DNA of 64,000 bases from Malacoraja senta (lineage: Eukaryota), in assembly GCA_038087875.1 (NCBI GenBank), contig CM075992.1, forward strand, positions 2,914,001 to 2,978,000, in the 5' to 3' direction. How positions within the stretch are numbered: position 1 is the first letter of the stretch; every line of letters starts with the position of its first letter. The position numbers were made by a program, and so were the translations under genes. Shown piece by piece: positions 13,061-64,000 of the stretch. The notes under the pieces were generated by a model. It did no database searches. It saw only the letters and a program-made list of their open reading frames with translations, and was not told the DNA's origin.

Positions 13061-13662
13061 GTGTATGTGCTTCCTGTGTGCGCCTGCCTGTGTGTGTTTG
13101 TGCATGTGTGTCCCTGTGTGCCACTGTGCATGCCTGTGTGTCTGTCTGTGGATGTTTATGCCTGTGTGTGTGCGTGTCTGTCTGTGTGTTTGTGCATGTG
13201 TCCCTGTGTGCCACTGTGCACGCCTGTGTGTGTCTGTCTTTGTGCATGTGTCCCTGTGTGCCATTGTGCATGCCTGTGTGTGTGTGCTTGCCTGTGTGTG
13301 TGCTTGCCTGTGTGCGCCTGCCTGTGTGTGTTTGTGCATGTGTGTCTGTGTGCCACTGTGCATGCCTGTGTGTGTGCGTGCCTGTGTCTGTGGGTGTTTG
13401 TGCATGTGTATGCCTGTGTGTGTTTGTGCATGTGTCCCTTTGTGCCACTGTGCATGCCTGTGTGCCTGCCTGTGTGTGTGCGTGCCTGTGTGTGTCTGCC
13501 TGTGTGTGTTTGTGCATGTGTGCCACTGTGCGTGCCTGTGTGTGTCTGCCTGTGTGTGTTTGTGCATGTGTGTGCCACTGCATGCCTGTGCGTGTGTGTA
13601 TGCCTGTGTGCCACTGTACATGTATGTGCGTGCTTGTGTGTGTAAGCCAGTGTGTGTGTGCA
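13061..13662. repeat. complex (TG)-rich minisatellite
   Basis: Recurring units such as tgtgtgtttgtgcatgtg / ccactgtgcatgcctgtg. Confidence 0.95.
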
Positions 13663-13929
13663 CAGTTAGACATCATCAACTGCAATTCAGACTGGTGCCT
13701 GCAGCAAATGGAACTGAAACTGGCCTCTTCCCTGTCACATGACACGGGGGAGGTGGGGAAGTGAGCTGTGGGAGGAGGGGGGAGAGAGATAAGATCAGAC
13801 ATGGTTTCACCAGCGAGAACAGTGCTTTGAGTACATAGCTGGCTCTGTGTGTGTTGGCGAGGGCTAGTTTTTATAATCACAAGCGCATCCCCTCTGCTCT
13901 TTGCACAAAGCTCTGTCAGTGGAGTGAGG

Positions 13930-13950
13930 ATGATCTGTCCTCAGAGGAAG
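13930..13950 (+). CDS. ST6GALNAC3-like coding exon 1 (cytoplasmic tail MICPQRK)
   Basis: aggATGa start and AAG/gtaaat donor, phase 0. A short first exon fits the family. Confidence 0.65.
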
Positions 13951-16900
13951 GTAAATGCTTTTTTTTTTCCCTTCTCTCCCTTTTCTATATTCAGCTGGAA
14001 TCAGAGAAAGGGCAACGGGGCAGGCAAGGATGATTTGCATGTATCTCTGTATCTCTGTGCTGCCGTTGCATCCATTACATTTAAAACATGGTGCTATTTC
14101 TCAAGCTGGCGGCATCCTGCCCATCCTTCCAGTTATGCCTGTCAACCCGCTGAAGCCAAGGATGAGGGGAAAAAAACGGTAGCTACTAATAAAGAAAATG
14201 ATTAGTTTATGTGCAATAGCAAACATGCCTTCATACACACCAAGTCCTGATCCCCTTTCACTCCTGACTTGCACTGTATCCTGGTTTTAAAATGTACATC
14301 CTTGTTTCCAAAGCCTTCCATTGTCTTGTTTCTCCCTGCCTCTGTAACCTCCTGCAGCTCCGTAACCCACTGCCTTCCCTTTGCTGGTGCGTTTGTGGCC
14401 TCTTGCTCGTCCCTGAATTCATTTGATCCACCACTGGTGGCAGTACTATTATTTATCACGTCCGGCAGCTCACAAAATTTACCCCCTCAACCTTTCTCTC
14501 CCCCCCTTTCTCTCCCCCCCCCCTTTCTCTCCCCCCTCTTTCTCTCCCCCCCCTTTCTCTCCCCCCCCCCTTTCTCTCCCCCCCCCTTTCTCTCCCCCCC
14601 CTTTCTCTCCCCCCCCCCTTTCTCTCCCCCCCTTTCTCTCCCCCCCCTTTCTCTCCCCCCCCCCCTTTCTCCCCCCCCCCTTTCTCTCCCCCCCCCTTTC
14701 TCTCCCCCCCCTTTCTCTCCCCCCCCCTTTCTCTCCCCCCCCTTTCTCTCCCCCCCCTTTCTCTCCCCCCCCCTTTCTCTCCCCCCCCCTTTCTCTCCCC
14801 CCCCCTTTCTCTCCCCCCCCTTTCTCTCCCCCCCCCTTTCTCTCCCCCCCCCTTTCTCTCCCCCCCCCTTTCTCCCCCCCCCCTTTCTCCCCCCCCCCTT
14901 TCTCTCCCCCCCTTTCTCTCCCCCCCCTTTCTCTCCCCCCCCTTTCTCTCCCCCCCCCCTTTCTCTCCCCCCCCTTTCTCTCCCCCCCCTTTCTCTCCCC
15001 CCCCTTTCTCTCCCCCCCTTCTCTCCCCCCCTTCTCTCCCCCCCTTCTCTCCCCCCCTTCTCTCCCCCCCCTTTCTCTCCCCCCCCTTTCTCTCCCCCCC
15101 TTTCTCTCCCCCCCTTTCTCTCCCCCCCTTTCTCTCCCCCCCCTTTCTCTCCCCCCCCTTTCTCTCCCCCCCCTTTCTCTCCCCCCCTTTCTCTCCCCCC
15201 CTTTCTCTCCCCCCCCTTTCTCTCCCCCCCCTTCTCTGCCCCCCTTTCTCTCCCCCCCTTTCTCTCCCTCTCCTCCCCCCCCTCTCCTCCCCCCCCTCCC
15301 TCTCTCCCTCTCTCCCTAATTCTCTCTTAAAATCTTCTCGCCGATCTTTGCGTCAAAATCTGTTTAATAGTGTTCCTGCTATCAGGAGTTCCTGACTATG
15401 AGTGATGAGCTTTGTTGCTGCATGAAATCAAAAGCTCTCGCTGTTATCAGTGCGTTTATATCACAAAGCCAGGCGAAAATGAAGGATCTCGACCCGAAAT
15501 GTCACCCATTCCTTTTCTCCAGAGATTCTGTCTGACCCGCCGAGTTACTTCAGATTTTTTGTGTCGATCTTTGATTTAAACCTGCATCTGCAGTTCCTTC
15601 AGCAACGGTTCAGGAGGTCTTCGACTGGTCTTCTACATATTTTCAGAAATGTTCTTGTATCTGTAAAGCTACGCCTTTTAATCGGTCATCACCCTTATTC
15701 ACTATCGTACGGTACAGAGCAAGGCCATAGGACAAGAACAGGCCACTCAGCCCCATATATTTGTGCTATCATTCAATTCAATGATGATGATTCAACAATA
15801 CTTTTCTGCCATTGGTACTTAGGTATAGTGAAATTCTTTGTTTTGTATACAATGCACAAAGTGCACAAAAGAGTTGCCAAGTTTCTGGTGCCGACAAAGT
15901 TACAAAAGTACTCGAGTTACAAGAGTCACATTAGTCCCTCCTCGTTCTTGGCGACACCCTTTCTTCCGCTTCCCTCCCCCCCCCCACACACCGACAAGGT
16001 CCCTCTTAGATCTCCACGGTCCCCACCCCACCAGGTCCCTCTAAGTTCTCCCGCGGCACGGCCCCTTCTAGACCCGACGGACTGCACAGCCATGTGTCGT
16101 CACCAACAGTCACGTCCCTCCAGAAATGCCCCCCTACAGGGTAACACTCCCTCGGCACTGTCCTCTGACAGGAATAGCAATCCCTTGACAGTGCAGCCCT
16201 TACCAGGACCACTCCCCTGGTGATAGCATACCTCAGTACTGCCCCTCTGACAGTGCGGCACTCCCTCAGTACTCCTGCTTTCTGTGCTATCTTCTTGAGT
16301 TACTCCAGCATTTTGTGTCTATCTTCGGTTTAAAGCAGCATCTGCAGTTCCTTCATGCACATCAAATTAATTTTGTTTCTCCCAGCGGAATGTTCTCCTG
16401 GCCATGGGTGTGATCGGAGGTGTGTCCTTCCTTGTTGCTGTGGTCCACTACATCCACCAGTCTCCCTATCCCGTTATGCTCTCGCAGCTGGCTGGCAGAC
16501 CGGCCATTGACGGCCTGAGCCATTTCTTCGGTGCTTTTGGTCAGAACGGCAAGTTGCTGCGAGGCTACGTCAGCCTCCCGGAACAGCAGGTGAGTCCGTG
16601 AATCACCTTGGACAGGCGCGTGGCTTCGAATGATATGGGCCAAACACAGGCAGATGGGACATCTTGGTCGGCAGAGTTGAGTTGGGCCGAAGAGCTTGTT
16701 TCCGTGCTGTCCACACTATGAACACACTGTCCACACTGCTGCTGATACCTCGCCGAGCAGGTCTGAAGAAGGGTCTCGACCCGAAACATCACCCATTTCT
16801 TCTCTCCAAAGATCCTGTCTGTCCCGCTGAGTTACACTAGCTCAGGAGTTCCCAACCTTTTTCGTCCCGTTTACCCCAGGCAACTTTAATAGCACATAAC

Positions 16901-19247
16901 AATGTTATTTCACTTATTTATGAACAACTAATGATGAACAGATACCGATATACCAGAACCAAACACAGTCAGTCAATGAGAAAAAAATATGTACAAATCC
17001 ACAGTCAACAAATTAGCCCCCCTGGGAAGGCAAAATTGCCCCCTGGGATCGTATCCCATCCGTTTAAGGTGACGGGGAAAAGATTTCATAAGAATCCAAG
17101 GGGTGACTTTTTCACACAAAGGATGGTGGGTGTATGGAACAAGCTGCTGGAGGAGGTAGTTGAAGCAGGGACTATCCCAACATTTAAGAAACAGTTAGAC
17201 AGGTACATGGGGTAGTGTAGGAAACTGCAGATGCTGGTTTAAATTGAAGAAAATGCTGGAGTAACTCAGCGGACAGGCAGCATCTCTGGAGAGAGGGAAT
17301 GGGTGACGTTTCGGATGGAGACTTCAGATAGGTACATGGATAGGACAGGTTTGGAGGGTTATGGACCAAACGTGGGTAGGTGGGACTAGAGTAGATGGAA
17401 CATGTCGGGAGACTGTATCACTCTACGACTCTATGTTCTCTCCCTGTCTCCAGCCTCTGGACCTCGCCTGTCAACAGTGCAGCATCATCTCCAGTTCTGG
17501 GCAGATGTTGGGCATGAAGCTGGGAGCTGAGATCGACCAGTCGGAATGTGTGTGGAGGATGAACAACGCTCCAACGGAGGGGTTTGAGTCTGACGTGGGC
17601 AGCAAGACCACGGTGCGAGTGGTGTCCCACACCAGCACCCCGCTGCTGCTCCGCCAAAGAGCTTTCCTCTCCGGTCTCAACAGCTCCTTCCACGTCTTCT
17701 GGGGCCCGCAGCGCAACATGCGGCGCGACGGCAAGGGGATCATCTACAACATGCTCCGCACCGTCCACAGTCACTTCCCCGCCGCCAAGATCTACACCCT
17801 GACAGAGGAACAGATGAGGCTCTGCGATATCGCCTTCAAGAGAGAGACAGGGAAAGACAGGTAGGGAGAGCAAGACTCCACAGTTCCCTGCAACTGACGG
17901 TAAAACAGAACCGTATCACCGCACTGACAGAGGAGACACTAACTCCTAGAACAGGGGTGGGGAACCTTTCCATGTTGGAATGCTGCATTGTTAGCTGTAA
18001 TCTAATAAGGCCGCATCCAAGAAACTTCAATTAGATATACTTCAAAATGTACATTATTTTGTAAAAATCTAACTACTATGTACTAACTTCAAGAAAATGA
18101 AAAAAAAAATGGTTAATTTTAAAGTTAACTAACCTTTTAATGACTTTGTTGTGACTGCTTTCTCGAGTCTCGGGTTACATTAGAACTAAATCATGAGCAA
18201 ACAGGTGTTAAAATAGCCCTCATGACTTACTAATAAGATGAGGCTGAGTTTCTCCAGCATTTTTGTGTACCTTTGATTTTCCAGCATCTGCAGTTCCTTC
18301 TTTAACACTCATGACTTACTAATGTTTTAATTGTGGCCGTCAGTCGGGGAGGATTATTTCGTTGAATCTTCTTTTACTCTTTGGTATTTTAAATACGTTC
18401 ATTATAAGATTAAAATAAAAATAATAAAAGACGAACAAAAACATCTTAATAAAATAGAAATAAAAGGATTTGTTCTACAAAACTTGGATTCATTCAAAAG
18501 GCCGCACTTAATGGCCTAGAAGGCCGCAGGTTCCCCACCCCTGTCCTAGAACGTAGACACACAATGCTGGAGTAACGTCAACCATTCCTCCTCTCCAGAG
18601 ATGCTGTCTGTCCCGCTGAGTTACTCCAGCATTTTGTGTCTACCTTCTATCCATGTTCATTGGCTTCCATCTTCCAGTCCCGCCTCAAGACCCATCTCTT
18701 CACCTCTGCATACCCTTAGTCCCCATGTTCCCCTCCCCTTTGCATCTCTGTCTTATTGTTTATTCTTGACTCTCAATGTAAAGCGACTTTGAGTCCTGAA
18801 AAGCGCTATATAAATAAAATGTATTATTATTAGTATTATTGGCTATATTTAAGAGGGAGTTAGATGCCCTTCTGGCTAAAGGGATCAGGGGGTATGGAGA
18901 GAAAGCAGGTACAGGATACTGAGTTGGATGATCAGCCATGATCATATTGAATGGCGATGCAGGCTCGAAGGGCCGAATGGCCTACTCCACCTATTTTCTA
19001 TGTTTCTATCTACCCGTCTAACTGTTTCTTAAACGTTGCGATTGTCTCTGCCTCAACTACCTCCTCTGGCAGCAAGGTGTTGTCTGTCAGAGTTCCCCTG
19101 ACTTGCTCCCCAATGTTAACCTTGTTCTCTGTGTTGCAGGGTGTTGTCTGGCTCGTATCTCAGCACTGGCTGGTTCACTTTCATCCTGGCGATGGAGGCT
19201 TGCAGCAACATTCACGTCTACGGAATGATCAACGACACTTACTGCAG
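13930..19247 (+). CDS. alpha-N-acetylgalactosaminide alpha-2,6-sialyltransferase, ST6GALNAC3-like (GT29); 4 coding exons, last exon not in the assembled sequence
   Basis: Exons 13930-13950 (MICPQRK), 16386-16589 (TM anchor and stem), 17454-17860 (sialylmotif L: CSIISSSGQM...RMNNAPT...DVG...RVVSHTS), 19140-19247 (sialylmotif S: SGSYLSTGWFTFILAMEACSNIHVYGMINDTYC). Frame is continuous across AG/GT junctions. Confidence 0.93.
14490..15320. repeat. polypyrimidine minisatellite (C6-10 TTTCTCT)n
   Basis: ~830 bp almost pure C/T, 13-17 nt units. Confidence 0.97.
16386..16589 (+). CDS. ST6GALNAC3-like coding exon 2 (type II TM anchor, stem)
   Basis: RNVLLAMGVIGGVSFLVAVVHYIH...LRGYVSLPEQQ, cccag/gtgagt. 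Confidence 0.85.
17060..17435 (+). mobile_element. CR1-type 3' fragment with nested Penelope-derived cassette
   Basis: FFTQRMVGVWNKLLEEVVEAG. Insert ~17215-17325 is flanked by a duplicated aga(c/t)aggtacatgg. Confidence 0.75.
17454..17860 (+). CDS. ST6GALNAC3-like coding exon 3 (sialylmotif L)
   Basis: 407 nt, PLDLACQQC...FKRETGKDR. Confidence 0.95.
17952..18543. mobile_element. non-autonomous hAT (Charlie-like) DNA transposon / MITE
   Basis: 16-bp TIRs CAGGGGTGGGGAACCT / AGGTTCCCCACCCCTG. 8-bp TSD tcctagaa at 17944-17951 and 18544-18551. Contains a nested Penelope-derived insert with 16-bp TSD (18219-18234, 18308-18323). Confidence 0.9.
18838..19010 (+). mobile_element. CR1-type 3' end
   Basis: Near-identical to 56258-56430. 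Confidence 0.85.
19140..19247 (+). CDS. ST6GALNAC3-like coding exon 4 (sialylmotif S)
   Basis: 108 nt, VLSGSYLSTGWFTF...NDTYCR. Confidence 0.95.
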
Positions 19248-19359
19248 GTACCACAGAGGACAACCATTACCTCCCATGAATCACACCGCCCATCACTCCC
19301 TCCCTCAGCCCCACCACCTCTCCCAAGTGCGTCCCATTCACCCACCACCCTCTTTTTGT

Positions 19360-19620
19360 TTTGATTTAGGGAAAGGCCTTTCGGCCCGCCGACCAGCGAT
19401 CCCCGCACACTAGCACTATCCCACACACATACTAGGGACAATTTACATTTACCCCAAGCCAATTAGCCTACAAACCTGTGCGTCTTTGGAGTGTGGGAGG
19501 AAACCAGAGATCCTGGAGAAAACCCACGCAGGTCATGGGGAGAACGTACAGACAGCACCCGTAGTTAGGATCGAACACGGGTCCCTGGCGCTGTAAGGCA
19601 GCAACTCTACCGCTGCGGCC
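19360..19620 (-). mobile_element. tRNA-derived SINE (HE1/V-SINE type)
   Basis: Head gcagcggtagagttgctgccttacagcgcc...gttcgatcc (A/B box-like), central ggttttctcc...ttcctcccacactccaaagac, CR1-like tail. Confidence 0.8.
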
Positions 19621-19787
19621 CTTTGTTTAAAAATATACATTTAAAACTTGGCCGTGCACATTTCATTTAAAGTTTGTCCCTTTCACCTTCAAGCTATCCC
19701 CTCCAGAATCTGACATGCCCACCTTGGGATAAAGTTTCTGACGAAATGTGTGGGAAGGAACTGCAGATGCTGGTGTTCTAGGTCTCC

Positions 19788-20190
19788 CCCATTGTCAGAG
19801 TGAGGCTAAACGCAAATTGGAGGAACAGCATCTCATATTTCGCTTGGGCAGCTTACATCCCAGTGGTATTAATATTGATTTCTCTAACTTCAGGTAGCCC
19901 CGGCATTCCCTCTCTCTCTCTCTCTCTCTCTCTATCCCTCCCCCACCCAAGTCGCACCAGCTTCTCATTTTCAGCTTACAAACGGCTAACAGTGGGCCTG
20001 TTTCCTTTATCATCTTGCAAAAGATATTTGCATATCTTTTATTCATTGTTCTTTATCTCTCCACATAGTCTATATCTCTCGTTTCCTTACCCTAACCAGT
20101 CTGAAGAAGGGTCTCGATCCAAAACGTCACCCATTCCTTCTCTCCAGAGACGCTGCCTGTCCCGCTGAGTTACTCCAACCTTTTGTGCCT
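19788..20190 (+). mobile_element. Penelope-like element 3' end
   Basis: CQSEAKRKLEEQHLIFRLGSLHPSGINIDF, followed by ctgaagaagggtctcgatccaaaacgtc terminal repeat. Confidence 0.85.
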
Positions 20191-20813
20191 ATAAAGGTTG
20201 TGACTGTCTACCCTATCTGTGCCTCTTATTTTACATTATTTTATTAGGGGTCTCAACCCTGGTCTTTCCAAGAAAATAACCCAAGTTTGGCTGGTCCACA
20301 TATGTTTAGTAACATTATTGCAGGATATATACTGTAACTGGCACTCTGTATCTCCCTTGCGGTGCTGGCTCGAAGGGCTAAATGGCCTACTCCTGCACCT
20401 ATTGTCTATTGCCCTGTGCATTGAAGTGGTGCCATAGGATCTTGTAGGGTGGGAGAGGGGTAGGTATGATTGCAGAGAACAGCATGTGTGGCCCAGAAAT
20501 ACCAAACGTTTCCTTCGCTCCATAGATGCTGCTGCACCCGCTGAATTTCTCCAGCACTTTTGTCTACCTTATAAAATCTATTATTATTATTATTACCTTA
20601 TACCAAACGTTATCCTATTAGCTTGGGTTATGAATGAATGAATTAATAAGTTTACTGGCCAAGTATGTACACATACAAGGAATTTTCCTTGGTGCTCCGC
20701 TCGCAAGTAACAACACGACACACAGTAAACCATTAAGAATAAAACATTAAACCATTAAAATTAAAACATAGTTTAAACATGTGAATGAAATAAAATACCA
20801 GAGCAAAAGGAGG

Positions 20814-21013
20814 NNNNNNNNNNNNNNNNNNNNNNNNNNNNNNNNNNNNNNNNNNNNNNNNNNNNNNNNNNNNNNNNNNNNNNNNNNNNNNNNNNNNNNN
20901 NNNNNNNNNNNNNNNNNNNNNNNNNNNNNNNNNNNNNNNNNNNNNNNNNNNNNNNNNNNNNNNNNNNNNNNNNNNNNNNNNNNNNNNNNNNNNNNNNNNN
21001 NNNNNNNNNNNNN
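20814..21013. other. assembly gap (200 N)
   Basis: Exactly 200 Ns followed by a poly-G run. The round number suggests a placeholder scaffold gap of unknown true size. Confidence 0.99.
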
Positions 21014-21024
21014 GGGGGGGGGGG

Positions 21025-21168
21025 GGGAACCGAAGATTTCGGAGAAAAACCCATGTGGTCATGGGGAGAAGGTACAAACTCTGTACAGACAGCACCCGTA
21101 GTCGGGATGGAACCCGGGTCTCTGGCGCTGTAAGGCAGCAACTCTACCACTGCACCACCATGCCGCCC
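21025..21168 (-). mobile_element. HE1/V-SINE 5' part, truncated at the gap
   Basis: Same head as 19360-19620. Confidence 0.8.
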
Positions 21169-21198
21169 ATGATACTATGTGGTACTTACACAGTTCTA

Positions 21199-63921
<42,723 letters not shown>

Positions 63922-64000
63922 TGTTGTCGATGGTTCTGGTGCTGAGGTGAGGTGAAGCGCAGAGGGAGGGGGTGGGGAGAAAGAAGCGGACGCCGGCGCC

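Noticed and set aside
12940-13880. Long Cys/Val- and His/Thr-rich ORFs (150-290 aa) on both strands
   Set aside because: Translations of a stop-free TG minisatellite, open in most frames.
14269-15330. Pro/Ser/Leu/Phe-rich 298-353 aa ORFs (extensin-like)
   Set aside because: A pure pyrimidine repeat cannot encode stops, and it lies in an intron.
19540-19620. tRNA gene
   Set aside because: tRNA-like SINE head attached to a SINE body, with several copies in the window.

Overview
Eukaryotic genomic DNA from a cartilaginous fish, most likely a skate or ray (inferred from HE1/V-SINE-type, CR1/HER1-type and Penelope repeats and the vertebrate exon structures). Three spliced protein-coding genes were reconstructed by hand from GT-AG boundaries. 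(1) The first five coding exons of a compact RALGPS-family Ral-GEF on the minus strand (ATG 8481), running off the left edge. (2) A compact ST6GALNAC3/4-type sialyltransferase on the plus strand (ATG 13930, four coding exons seen), diverging from gene 1 across a CpG-rich patch at ~10.8-11.06 kb. (3) DNMT1 on the minus strand (ATG 63921, 32 coding exons, 4407 nt/1469 codons in continuous frame down to 21280). A 200-N gap (20814-21013) lies where the missing 3' exons of both the sialyltransferase and DNMT1 (motif X) are expected. Most listed ORFs are repeat or microsatellite artefacts. Two main points of interest. (a) The RALGPS-like and ST6GALNAC3-like genes beside DNMT1 may be extra whole-genome-duplication paralogues that mammals lack. 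(b) An abundant Penelope-derived repeat carries a minimal hammerhead-ribozyme-like core (CUGA(A/U)GA-stem II-GAAACGU(C/U)) with covarying stem II. It inserts as short or fold-back cassettes with target-site duplications and is eroded by CpG decay. Comparisons to human proteins and loci are from memory, and no searches were run.
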